From NCBI GenBank assembly GCA_025363815.1, contig JANYLB010000012.1:14085-78084 (forward strand): 64,000 bases of DNA, written 5' to 3'. Positions 20,527 through 29,591 of the stretch are shown piece by piece. A program made the translations under genes and the position numbers. This DNA comes from Actinomycetes bacterium (GTDB lineage: Bacteria > Actinomycetota > Acidimicrobiia > IMCC26256 > JANYLB01). The stretch's first letter is position 1, and each line of letters starts with the position of its first letter. Below the pieces are notes generated by a model. It saw nothing but the letters and a program-made list of their open reading frames with translations. It did not search any database and was not told the DNA's origin.

Positions 20527-21144
20527 GTGGCCACGGCTCCCGAGCACCTGCCCGACAACACCCCGGCGGCCCGCGCCCAGGGCCGGGCGGCCGAGACCGC
20601 GGCCCGGCGGCGTCGCCTCCTCAAGGCCGCCACGACCCTCGCGGGTGAAGGCGGATACGACGCCGTGCACATGCGGGCGGTCGCGGCCCAGGCCGGCGTC
20701 GCCCTGGGCACCCTTTACCGGCACTACGCCTCCAAGGATCAGCTGCTCGTCGCGGTGCTGGTCGATCAAGCCGACGCGCTCCAGGGCGCGCTCACCCGTC
20801 GACCGGCGCGTGGGCGCACGAGCGCAGATCGTGTCGCAGACGTGCTCGAGCGAGCGTGCCGTGCCCTCGAGCGTGAGCCACGCCTCACGGGTGCGATGGT
20901 CACTGCCCTGTCTTCCACCGATCCGGGCGCGGCATCCGCGGTGCTCTCGGTCGAGGAACGGCTCCAGACGATGATGGCCGATGCGATCGACGGCGCGACC
21001 GTCAGCCAGCTCGACGCGGTGCTGCGCACTCTCGGCCACGTCTGGTTCTCGGCCATGGTCTCGTGGGTCGCCGGCAAGACCGACGGGAACCGGATGCGCG
21101 CCGACCTCGAGTCGGCCGCGCACCTTCTGCTCGATCCTCGCTGA
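20527..21144 (+). CDS. kstR: TetR-family cholesterol catabolism regulator KstR
   Basis: RRRRLLKAATTLAGEGGYDAVHMRAVAAQAGVALGTLYRHYASKDQLL resembles KstR HTH; own upstream KstR box; steroid gene context. Confidence 0.82.
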   Translation: MATAPEHLPDNTPAARAQGRAAETAARRRRLLKAATTLAGEGGYDAVHMRAVAAQAGVALGTLYRHYASKDQLLVAVLVDQADALQGALTRRPARGRTSADRVADVLERACRALEREPRLTGAMVTALSSTDPGAASAVLSVEERLQTMMADAIDGATVSQLDAVLRTLGHVWFSAMVSWVAGKTDGNRMRADLESAAHLLLDPR

Positions 21145-21152
21145 CCCCTGGC

Positions 21153-21998
21153 CTAGGAACCTCCCAGAGCGGGGATCACGAGCTCCCCGAGGCGGGTCGC
21201 GTTCTCGGGATCGGAGGAGTCGATCGGGCCGAGGATCACCCAGTCTGCTCCGAGCTCGGCGAACGCACGGATCCCCTCGGCCACCCGCTGCGGTCCCCCC
21301 ACGAGCACCCCCGCTCCGGCACCGAGCCGCTCCGCCTTCTCGTCTGCCTGTTCGTCAGTGCCACCGAGCACGACGAGGCCGCCCCACGAGAGCGTCAATG
21401 CGTCTGGGTCGCGTCCCGCCCCTGCCGCCAACCCCCGAACCTGGGCGGCTTCGGCGCCGAACCGGGACAAGCTGGCGCCCCATCGATTCCACCCGTCGGT
21501 CCGGGCTGCAACCGCCCCGACATGGGCAGCGCTCCCTCCGACCCATACGGGGTACCCCCGGTCCGCGAGCTCGGCGACGGTGGCTTCAACCGCCACGACC
21601 CGTTCGGCCTCGCTTCCGAAGCCGAGGCCGTAGCTCTCGTTCTCGATCCGGCTCTCCGAGTCGCCCGCGCCGACCGCCGCTATCAGCCGACCGCCACTCA
21701 CTCGCTGCACCGTGTCGAGGGCAACACCGAGAGTCGCCGGCGGCCGTAGGGTCGCGCGCGCCACGAGGGTGCCCAGGGCTACACGACTGGTTTCGGCCGC
21801 GACCGCGCCGAGCAAGGTGGAGCACTCGAGTGCCGGCCGCTCTGTGCCGTCGGCGGCAACCCGAAAGAGGTGGTCGTACACGAACACGCCGTCGACGCCG
21901 GCCGCCTCCGCTGCGATCGCTACCGCGATCGGGATCTGCGGATCGTCGCAGAACGACGGAAGCGTGATCCCGACTCGCAGCGGTGCCGGGCCGATCAT
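21153..21998 (-). CDS. LLM-class flavin-dependent oxidoreductase
   Basis: AEAAGVDGVFVYDH, LLGAVAAETSRVALGTLV, SGGRLIAAVGAG, VWVGG; start approximate. Confidence 0.85.
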   Translation of the reverse strand: MIGPAPLRVGITLPSFCDDPQIPIAVAIAAEAAGVDGVFVYDHLFRVAADGTERPALECSTLLGAVAAETSRVALGTLVARATLRPPATLGVALDTVQRVSGGRLIAAVGAGDSESRIENESYGLGFGSEAERVVAVEATVAELADRGYPVWVGGSAAHVGAVAARTDGWNRWGASLSRFGAEAAQVRGLAAGAGRDPDALTLSWGGLVVLGGTDEQADEKAERLGAGAGVLVGGPQRVAEGIRAFAELGADWVILGPIDSSDPENATRLGELVIPALGGS

Positions 21999-22011
21999 GC
22001 GATCGACCACG

Positions 22012-22956
22012 TCACCGGAGTAGCTTCCGCGCCATCGTCGCCGCGCCGATCGTTCCCGCCCGGTCACCCAGACCCGCCGCGACGATCGACGGGGTGGGTC
22101 GGTACCCGAAGCCTTCTACGTGACCATCGAAATACGCGCGGACCGGGCCGAGCAACAGGTCGCCCTCCTCGACGAGTCCTCCCGACACTACGATGATCTC
22201 GGGGTCGAGGATGTTCGCGAGTCCGACGAAGCCAAGCGCGACGAAGCCGGCGTATCGATCGATCAGCGCGAGCGCGTCGGGTGCGCCGGCCCGTGCCGCT
22301 TCCGACACGTGCGTACCGCGCACCGCGTCGGGATCGCCACCCGCGAGCTTCAACACCGCCGGAGCGGCGCCGATGACAGTGGCTTCCCGCGCCATGCGTC
22401 CGAGGGCATTGCCCGATGCCAGAGCTTCCCAGTGCCCGATCTCGCCGCACGCGCAGCGCGGACCGTCAAGGTCAATCGTGAAGTGTCCGATCTCAGCGGC
22501 AAAGCCGTGCGCGCCGCGTAAGACGCGCCCGTCGCTCACGATGGCGCCACCGATCCCGGTCCCCAGCGTGATCACCAGCGCATCCGAAACGCCCCGGGCG
22601 CCGCCATGGGCGAGCTCACCCCACGCTGCAGCGTTGGCGTCGTTGTCGACGACGGTGGGAAGCCCCGTTCCCTGCGCGATCTCAGCCCGCACCGGCGTGC
22701 CCAGGAACCCGGCGACATTGGGGGCGTAGTGAATGACGCCGGCACGGTCGACCATGCCCGCTGCGCCTATCCCGACCGCGGCTATCTCGTGGTCGGCTCG
22801 CAACGCGGCGATCAAACCTAGAATCTGTGCGCGCATCGACTCCCAGTCGAGCAGCGATGACACCCGTTGCTCCGCGACCACCCGACCATCGACGTCGACC
22901 ACCGCGGCACGAACGTTGGTTCCACCGATGTCGAGGCCGATCGTGAGCGCCGTCAT
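22012..22956 (-). CDS. glkA: ROK-family glucokinase
   Basis: GLDIGGT, DNDANAAAWGE, TLGTGIGG, AEIGH, CACGEIGHWE; conserved synteny with ArsA/SRPBCC. Confidence 0.85.
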   Translation of the reverse strand: MTALTIGLDIGGTNVRAAVVDVDGRVVAEQRVSSLLDWESMRAQILGLIAALRADHEIAAVGIGAAGMVDRAGVIHYAPNVAGFLGTPVRAEIAQGTGLPTVVDNDANAAAWGELAHGGARGVSDALVITLGTGIGGAIVSDGRVLRGAHGFAAEIGHFTIDLDGPRCACGEIGHWEALASGNALGRMAREATVIGAAPAVLKLAGGDPDAVRGTHVSEAARAGAPDALALIDRYAGFVALGFVGLANILDPEIIVVSGGLVEEGDLLLGPVRAYFDGHVEGFGYRPTPSIVAAGLGDRAGTIGAATMARKLLR

Positions 22957-22960
22957 TGCC

Positions 22961-23380
22961 TCACTCGACGTCGATGTTCTGCACCCGCGGTTCATCGACC
23001 CTCGGAGTCGCCGTTCGTGGCTTCGGTGGGCTCGCGAGCGGGTCATGGTCGGCAGTGCCAGACTCCTGCGCGAACGCGCTGCGCTGCGCTGCGAGAGTTT
23101 GCTCAAAGGCGTCGACGACAACCTTGATCGCAAGGGTGAGCTCGTGCGCCGCGTTGACGAGGTGCTCGGCCGCCTCTGGTCCCGCTTCGGTCAACGCGCT
23201 GAGGAAGGGACCCATCGTGCTGCCGGGGGCACCGAACAGGGGGTCATCACCCCAGTCGTCCCACCCATCGTCGCCGGTTGGCGGATCGGAGGCTGTGTCG
23301 GTGTGAGGGTCGGGGCCGGTCGGTTCGTCGACCGCGAAGAGTGGGTTGCGGCGCGGCGCGCCGGGATCGCGCAATGCCAT
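22961..23380 (-). CDS. Hypothetical protein (DUF5304-like)
   Basis: PEAAEHLVNAAHEL core and terminal VQNIDVE typical of the gene between ArsA and glucokinase. Confidence 0.65.
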   Translation of the reverse strand: MALRDPGAPRRNPLFAVDEPTGPDPHTDTASDPPTGDDGWDDWGDDPLFGAPGSTMGPFLSALTEAGPEAAEHLVNAAHELTLAIKVVVDAFEQTLAAQRSAFAQESGTADHDPLASPPKPRTATPRVDEPRVQNIDVE

Positions 23381-24579
23381 CAGACCTCCACTGGGGCTCC
23401 GTCGCGGGCACGCCGTGGCGGGAACTCCACCTTGAGCCGCTGACCGACGAGATGAGCGGCACCGACGTCACGGCGTTGGAGACTGTCGGGCAGGACCACG
23501 GCACGACGGTAGGCACCCACCGCGACGAGCAGCTCATCGTTGCGACGACCGAGCTGGATCTCGCGCCGCTCGACTCCCGGCAACGGCAGCGAGAGCACGA
23601 GCGTGTCGCCGAGAACCTCCACCCGCATTGGATCCACGGTCGCGAGCCGGGCGACGGGATCCCGCTCCGCGTAGAGCGTGGTACCGAAGCGGCGTAGTCG
23701 ATCAACACCTACGAGCTCGGCCGGCGCGAGCTCTGCAGTCAGAATCGGCGCGGGTGCGAACGCGTCGCCGATCTCGATCAGGTGCTGAGCCTCGGCCGCG
23801 CGCCATTCGGTGAACCAGGGATCCGAGACTGCACTCGGGAGCAGCCGGTTCACGATCACCGCGTCGACGTGGTAGCCGAAGAGCGAGAGGTAGGTGAAGG
23901 TGCGACGGGCCTCGGCGACTACGAGACGCTCCGCGTTGACCACCATTCGGGCACTCGTGATCTGTGGATCGATCAGCAGCTCCCGAACTCCGTCGAGACG
24001 GGTCGAGAAACGCGCAACCGCGTCGAACACCTTGTCGGACGCTATCGGAACGCTCATCATCCGGGTGAGAAAAGGTCGCATAGCGCGCGTGATACCCCGC
24101 TGAGCGGGGAACACCCGGTCCATGTACCAGCCGATCACGTCGGGGAGCGAGAGCAGCCGCAGAGTCTCGGCCGTGGGCGCGCAGTCGACGACGATGACGT
24201 CGTAGTCGCCTCCCGCGGCGAAGGCCTTGATGTCGGCGAGCGCGAAGACTTCGTCGAGACCGGGGATGACCGCGAGCTCCTCGGCTTCGACGGGCTCCGC
24301 GCCGGCCCAGTCGAAAAGGGCCACGAGATACTCCCGGACGGCATCCCATGCCGATTCGAGACGGACCCTGGCATCGAGCTGGATGCCGTGCAGACCCGCT
24401 GCGATCGGCGCGACCGCGTCACCCAGGGGAACGTCGTACGCGTCGGCGAGCGAATGGGCCGGGTCGGTCGAGCAGACAACGGTGCGCAGGCCGGCGTCGG
24501 CCGCGCGCAACGCGGTTGCCGCCGCCACTGTCGTCTTGCCGACTCCTCCCTTGCCGGTGAAGAGGAGGATTCGCGTCAA
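23380..24579 (-). CDS. ArsA/Get3-like ATPase with C-terminal HSP20-like domain
   Basis: FTGKGGVGKTT, STDPAHSL, VDCAPTAETLRLL; C-terminal LSLPLP...ELLVAVG...LKVEF. Confidence 0.92.
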   Translation of the reverse strand: MTRILLFTGKGGVGKTTVAAATALRAADAGLRTVVCSTDPAHSLADAYDVPLGDAVAPIAAGLHGIQLDARVRLESAWDAVREYLVALFDWAGAEPVEAEELAVIPGLDEVFALADIKAFAAGGDYDVIVVDCAPTAETLRLLSLPDVIGWYMDRVFPAQRGITRAMRPFLTRMMSVPIASDKVFDAVARFSTRLDGVRELLIDPQITSARMVVNAERLVVAEARRTFTYLSLFGYHVDAVIVNRLLPSAVSDPWFTEWRAAEAQHLIEIGDAFAPAPILTAELAPAELVGVDRLRRFGTTLYAERDPVARLATVDPMRVEVLGDTLVLSLPLPGVERREIQLGRRNDELLVAVGAYRRAVVLPDSLQRRDVGAAHLVGQRLKVEFPPRRARDGAPVEV

Positions 24580-25028
24580 GTCGACGCCTTGTTGATCCGC
24601 TCGATCTCCTTTTTCAGCTCACGCAGCGCGGTACCCATGATCATCCCCGCGGCGCGGCGCTTGATGAGGCCGGGAAGCGGCGCCGAGAGATCGACCGTGA
24701 GGTCGTAGTCGACCCGCGTTCCGTCGCCTTCGGGTTCAAAATGATAGGAACCGTCGAGGCGGCGGAGCATGTCGCCCTCAACCAGCTTCCACGACACCGA
24801 CTCCGGCGCGCCCGAGTACTCGTACGCCAACGTGTAGTGGAAGCTCTTGCCGAGCCCCGCAGCTCGGTACTCGACCTGCAGCGCGCGACCGCCCTCGTCG
24901 CGCTTGAGAATCGTCGCCTGCTTCACGTCGCGCGCCCATTCCGGGTACTTCTCGAAATCGATGACGACCTCGTAGCACCCCTGCGGTGATGCAGCGACGC
25001 TGATCCGTTCATTCGCCTGCTCGGCCAC
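24576..25028 (-). CDS. SRPBCC/START-like cyclase-family lipid-binding protein
   Basis: DFEKYPEWA, YTLAYEY, SWKLVEG, LDGSY, ALRELKKEIE; GTG 25028 with upstream AAGGGAG. Confidence 0.88.
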   Translation of the reverse strand: MAEQANERISVAASPQGCYEVVIDFEKYPEWARDVKQATILKRDEGGRALQVEYRAAGLGKSFHYTLAYEYSGAPESVSWKLVEGDMLRRLDGSYHFEPEGDGTRVDYDLTVDLSAPLPGLIKRRAAGMIMGTALRELKKEIERINKAST

Positions 25029-25548
25029 CCGCTCTCCCTTCTCGTCGTCCCCGCTCGCCCGCGCTCCGTGCCATCTTGGAACGGGCCGGCCGAACCGTCG
25101 TCGACTCGCGTGCCGGGAACGTTCCGTGCCGGGCCGCCCACATACCGGCAAGGCCGAGAGGGAGCATAGGGACCAGGAACCCCGCGGGGGCGCGAAACCC
25201 GGTCGTCGCCGCGATGAGGACCGCGAGACCCAATGCTCCGAACAGGTGCTTCTTCGTCGCGCTCGGTGCCGAACCCTGCAGGAGAAACAGGTTTGCGACC
25301 GAGACATCGTCGCCGCGAGCGCTTCGTACCAGGCCCAGCCCGAAGGCGTAGGTCCAGACGCCGAGCGACGCGAGGAACAACCCCACGGCCACGATCACCG
25401 ATACCGGATCGAGGGCGGTCATGCCCAGAGCCACGGGGATCGCGGTCACCGCGAATAGCGCGTCGGCAGCCCAGGAGACCTCGATCACCCGTCGACCATC
25501 CACAACCGCTGCGCTCACTCTCCGGGCCGGGTCACCGTCGCCAGTCAA
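25009..25548 (-). CDS. Hypothetical multi-pass membrane protein
   Basis: About four hydrophobic segments; in operon between GT4 and SRPBCC; start uncertain. Confidence 0.65.
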   Translation of the reverse strand: MTGDGDPARRVSAAVVDGRRVIEVSWAADALFAVTAIPVALGMTALDPVSVIVAVGLFLASLGVWTYAFGLGLVRSARGDDVSVANLFLLQGSAPSATKKHLFGALGLAVLIAATTGFRAPAGFLVPMLPLGLAGMWAARHGTFPARESTTVRPARSKMARSAGERGRREGRAGGRAGE

Positions 25549-25587
25549 CCTGTCCGCTCCGTTCGCTCCACATCACCAAGGTAATGC

Positions 25588-26724
25588 TCAGGGGGTGAGG
25601 AACGGCAACGCATCCACCGCGCCGCCGGCGACGGGTTTCAGGCGGGCGGCGAGGGTGTCGTAGGAGAAGTCGGCTACAGCACGCGCCCGGGCCGCGGCCC
25701 CGAAGCGATGGCGAGTGGACTCGTCTCCGAGCAGGGTCAAGAGGGCCCGGCGGACCTCGCCGACAGAGTGCGGATCGACCACGAACCCGGTCTCGCCGTC
25801 GACGACCGCTTCGTGCGATCCCCCGCTCCGACCGGCAACCGAAGGAACGCCACACGCGGCTGCCTCGAGGAAGACGATCCCGAATCCCTCCGCCTCCAGG
25901 CCGAGCCACCGATCCCGGCACGCCATCGCGAACACATCGGCACTGGCGTACAGCGCGGGCAGATCAACTTCGGGAACCCGACCGAGGAACCGAACTCGGC
26001 CGCCAACCCCCCTACGGGTCACCCGCGACTCGAGCCGAGCGCGATCTCGGCCGGCTCCGGCGATGGCGAGCTGCACCGAGGCATCGATACCCGCCATCGC
26101 GTCGATCACGACGTCGAAGCCCTTGCGCGGCACCAGCCGGCTGGTTCCAACCACCAGGGGCCGGAACGGGTCGAGGCCAAACCGCCGGCGGGTCGCGGCC
26201 CGCGCCCCGGAGTCGAGGGGCTTGAACCGAGTGATGTCGATTCCGGGTGGGATCACGAGGCCGCGAACCGGCCGGCCGGCGGCGTGGCGCACCTCGCGTG
26301 CCGGGTACTCCCCCGCCGCGATAATCCCGTCGGCCGCGCGCAGCACCCCTCTGGCCGCGAGATTGGGCCCTGGGATCCGACCCGGAAGCGTGATCTCCGC
26401 GCCGTGGGCGATCACAAGATGCGGCGCCGATGCCAGGCTTCGACCGACAATGCCGAGCGGCAGCATCGGGTCGATGAAGATCGCCGCGGCCCCGATGTCG
26501 CGGGCGAGCGCGTCTATGCGCGCCGCCACGCCGGGTCGCGGCAGCAGAACGGATCGGGTGATCCGCTCGATGGGGAACGTCTGCGCCGAGTCGAATGCGG
26601 CGGCGCCGCCGTAGGAAGTGGTGAGGACCGTCGTGTCGGGCAGCCGCCGGAACAGCTCGTACAGGTACGACTGGATCCCGCCGAACTTGGGCGGAAAGTC
26701 ATTGGTGACGAGCAGCGAGCTCAC
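25588..26724 (-). CDS. pimB: GT4 glycosyltransferase, phosphatidylinositol mannosyltransferase PimB'-like
   Basis: LLVTNDFPPKFGGIQSY, HGAE, SRLVPRKG, EGFGIVFLEAAACG; Rv2188c-like synteny. Confidence 0.85.
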   Translation of the reverse strand: MSSLLVTNDFPPKFGGIQSYLYELFRRLPDTTVLTTSYGGAAAFDSAQTFPIERITRSVLLPRPGVAARIDALARDIGAAAIFIDPMLPLGIVGRSLASAPHLVIAHGAEITLPGRIPGPNLAARGVLRAADGIIAAGEYPAREVRHAAGRPVRGLVIPPGIDITRFKPLDSGARAATRRRFGLDPFRPLVVGTSRLVPRKGFDVVIDAMAGIDASVQLAIAGAGRDRARLESRVTRRGVGGRVRFLGRVPEVDLPALYASADVFAMACRDRWLGLEAEGFGIVFLEAAACGVPSVAGRSGGSHEAVVDGETGFVVDPHSVGEVRRALLTLLGDESTRHRFGAAARARAVADFSYDTLAARLKPVAGGAVDALPFLTP

Positions 26725-26764
26725 TCGTTCGGATGCTCTCGTCGGACCCCAACTCTGACGTTGC

Positions 26765-26778
26765 CAGAACGAGTTTGA
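26765..26778. promoter_or_regulatory. KstR-like box (CAGAACGAGTTTGA)
   Basis: One mismatch to consensus, 40 nt upstream of GT4 start in a 61-nt intergenic gap. Confidence 0.5.
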
Positions 26779-26785
26779 TCTGGCT

Positions 26786-28045
26786 TCATGGCGGATCGGG
26801 CTCGAGGTATTGCTGGGCCAGCTTGGCAGCCTCGTGGTCGCGTGGCGCAGCACCACGGGTCCGCGGGTCGATGCCGCTGCGTAGCAGCACGAGCCCGCCA
26901 ATCGCAAAGACAGCACCTCCGGCAAACGCCCAGCGATACCCACCAACGGCCGCGATGGCGCCGAGAATAAACGCGCCGAGGCCCTGAGAGAGATCGAAGA
27001 AGCTGCTCATCGTGCCCACGACCGACGACCGTTCCGCCTCGCTCACGCCGGTGAGCGCGAGGGTCATGATCGCGGGATACAGCAACGACATCCCCGACGC
27101 GAACACGATGGTCCCGACGATCAAGCCGATGACGCTCGGCCACGCTGCGATGACGAGCATCCCCAACGCGCCCACCCCGGTGGCCCACGTCCCTGCACGG
27201 CGCGGGCCGAGGCGATCCGGCAGCCGCGCGCCGACCATCCGGATGACCAGGATCAGCGCTCCGTAGAGGAAGAGGATGCCGCTCGAGTCGCTGAGCCCGA
27301 TGTCGGAAACGTAGAGCGGCACGAACGCAGCGAATCCCGCGAGGCTGACGAGACCGAGGAACAGCACCAGACCCGGCGCGAGGGCAGAACGGTTGATGAG
27401 CGGAGGCCGCTTCCCATCAGTCAACTCGGTCCGCAGCGCGACCACATCTCGGGTGCTCAACCCGATGATCGCCGCGAGCGCCGCCAGCCCGGCCGACACG
27501 AGCCAGACCGCGTCGAACCGATCGTTGCCGAGCAGAGTCTCGCCCAGAGCCGGCCCGAACGCGAGTCCGCCGTACACGGCGACCGACCAGTAGCTGATCG
27601 CCTCCCCCCGACGATCGGCGGGAGCGAGATCGGTGACGAGCGTTCCCGCGCCGACGAAGAATGCGGCCTCGCCGACACCGCCGAGCACGCGCACCGCGAG
27701 CAACCCGGCAAAGTTCGTCGACCCCACGTAGAGCACACCAGACAACGAGACCACCAGCGCACCGCCAACGATCAGCACGCGGCGTCCGAAGCGGTCGCCC
27801 ATGCGACCGGCGAGCGGTCGCAGCAGCACCGCACCCACCGAGAAAGCGCCGACGGCGACGCCGACCGCGACGCTCCCCCCGCCGAGACTGTGTTCGACGT
27901 AGATCGGCACGACGGGAAGCAGCATCCCCAGCGCGAGAAAATATGCGGCCCCTGCGCCGATCACGAGCATCAACCGACCGGTCAGCAGCCGTTCGCGACG
28001 CGGCGTCCCTGATGCGGGCACGGCGGGGATCTCAGCCATCGACAT
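26786..28045 (-). CDS. MFS transporter
   Basis: About 12 TM helices, motif A GRMGDRFGRR. Confidence 0.92.
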   Translation of the reverse strand: MSMAEIPAVPASGTPRRERLLTGRLMLVIGAGAAYFLALGMLLPVVPIYVEHSLGGGSVAVGVAVGAFSVGAVLLRPLAGRMGDRFGRRVLIVGGALVVSLSGVLYVGSTNFAGLLAVRVLGGVGEAAFFVGAGTLVTDLAPADRRGEAISYWSVAVYGGLAFGPALGETLLGNDRFDAVWLVSAGLAALAAIIGLSTRDVVALRTELTDGKRPPLINRSALAPGLVLFLGLVSLAGFAAFVPLYVSDIGLSDSSGILFLYGALILVIRMVGARLPDRLGPRRAGTWATGVGALGMLVIAAWPSVIGLIVGTIVFASGMSLLYPAIMTLALTGVSEAERSSVVGTMSSFFDLSQGLGAFILGAIAAVGGYRWAFAGGAVFAIGGLVLLRSGIDPRTRGAAPRDHEAAKLAQQYLEPDPP

Positions 28046-29253
28046 CAGCCTGACGCGCGGGCATGCGCGAGCGCGTCGCGCAAGCTCGCCCGCTCGGAGA
28101 TCATCTTGCGATACTGCATGAGTTGGCGAGCCCGACTGAATGCCAACGCGCCGACCAACCGGCCGCGGCGACCGAACAGGGCGACAAACTGGCGGCTGTC
28201 GAGCTCGCCGTGGGTTATCTCGAGATCATCAGACGGTCCGAAACGGCCCGCGCACTGGATCTTCACTCCGTATTGATCGGACCAGACAAACGGCACCGGA
28301 GCGAATCCCTCGACTTCGTCTCCGGCGGCCCGACGCAGCAGGCTCCGCGCCGCGAACACCCCCTGCTCGGCCGCGTTCGTCCAGTGTTCGAGGCGCATTA
28401 CCTCGCCGTCGAAAAGCGCGTTCGGCCACCGGCAGAGGTCGCCGGCGGCGACGACTCCCGGCGCGGCATGCAGCGTCTCGTCGCACACCACGCCGTCGTC
28501 GAGAACCAGCCCGCAGGTCTCGAGCCAGCGGGTCTCCGGCACGACGCCGATCGCGACGATTAACACGTCACACGGGATCGTCGAACCGTCGCCAAGACGA
28601 ATCCGCTCGACTCGGACATCGCCTTCGACCGCTTCGAAGCTCACGCCAAGGCGGAGGTCGACGCCTTCTTCGACCTGTATGGCCGCGAGGCGCGCGCCGA
28701 TGCGCGTGCCGACGCCCCGCACCATCGGCTGGGGTAGGGCTTCGAGCACAGTCACTTCGAGGCCGCGCTTGCGACAGGTCGAAGCGACCTCCGATCCGAT
28801 GAACCCCGCGCCGATCACCACCACGCGGGCGCCCATATCGAGACGCTGTCTGATCGCGAGGCAGTCGTCGATCGTGCGCAACGTGAAGACGCCATCGAGC
28901 GCGGGAATCGACGGGAGGGTTCGGGGTGTCGATCCGGTCGCGATCACGAGTCCGTCGAAGGCCACCTTCGTCCCGCCTGCGAGCGCGAGCTCCTGCGTGG
29001 CGAGGTCGAGCCCCGTCGCCGCCGTTCCCAGCCGCAGCTCGAGATCGAGATCGTCGTACGGCTGCTTGCGCAGGACCGTCCGGTCGTGCTCCCACTCCCC
29101 CGCGAGCAGCTCCTTGGACAGAGGAGGCCGGTCGTAGGGCAGATGCGGCTCGGCGCCAACGAGAACGAGGCGGCCGGTGAACCCCTCGTGGCGCAGGGTT
29201 TCGACGGCCCTAAGGCCCGCAAGGGACGCGCCGACGACAGCGATGGTATTCAT
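28045..29253 (-). CDS. NAD(P)H-ferredoxin reductase
   Basis: VGASLAG, PYDRPPLSK, IATG, IGAGFIGSE, AAGD, RLEHWTNA, WSDQY. Confidence 0.93.
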   Translation of the reverse strand: MNTIAVVGASLAGLRAVETLRHEGFTGRLVLVGAEPHLPYDRPPLSKELLAGEWEHDRTVLRKQPYDDLDLELRLGTAATGLDLATQELALAGGTKVAFDGLVIATGSTPRTLPSIPALDGVFTLRTIDDCLAIRQRLDMGARVVVIGAGFIGSEVASTCRKRGLEVTVLEALPQPMVRGVGTRIGARLAAIQVEEGVDLRLGVSFEAVEGDVRVERIRLGDGSTIPCDVLIVAIGVVPETRWLETCGLVLDDGVVCDETLHAAPGVVAAGDLCRWPNALFDGEVMRLEHWTNAAEQGVFAARSLLRRAAGDEVEGFAPVPFVWSDQYGVKIQCAGRFGPSDDLEITHGELDSRQFVALFGRRGRLVGALAFSRARQLMQYRKMISERASLRDALAHARASG

Positions 29254-29284
29254 CAATTTTGTTCCACTCGCTACGACGTCCGGA

Positions 29285-29476
29285 TCAGCCCTCGAGCGAT
29301 ATGGCCTGGGTCGGGCACATCCGGACGGCTTCCTCGACCAGTGCCCGCTTATCCTCCGGTGGCTCCTCCTGGAGCACGTAGAGGAAGTTGTCGTCGCGCA
29401 CCTCGAAGATGTCGGGGGCGATACCCATGCACACCGCGTTGCTCGTGCACTTCTCGAAGTCGACGACGATCTTCAT
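29285..29476 (-). CDS. fdxD: [3Fe-4S] ferredoxin, FdxD-like
   Basis: CTSNAVCMGIAPDIF...CP (CxxNxxC...CP); SD GGAGG upstream; resembles recalled Rv3503c. Confidence 0.8.
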   Translation of the reverse strand: MKIVVDFEKCTSNAVCMGIAPDIFEVRDDNFLYVLQEEPPEDKRALVEEAVRMCPTQAISLEG

Positions 29477-29540
29477 CCCGGAGGACCTCCTAGTTCCAGT
29501 GCACTCGGCGGCCGTCCGGGTGCGCCCGCACCCTACCCGG

Positions 29541-29566
29541 TGATAAGAAACCTGACGTTCTTGTCA
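29541..29566. promoter_or_regulatory. Inverted repeat TGATAAGAA-N8-TTCTTGTCA containing TGAC-N6-GTCA
   Basis: AT-rich dyad in divergent ferredoxin/ligase intergenic region. Confidence 0.5.
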
Positions 29567-29591
29567 TACACCAGTGGTTCTGGGAGCCTGC

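Noticed and set aside
23380-24579. Arsenic resistance (arsA)
   Set aside because: Single ATPase domain with HSP20-like tail and no arsB/arsC/arsR/arsD nearby; Get3-like housekeeping context
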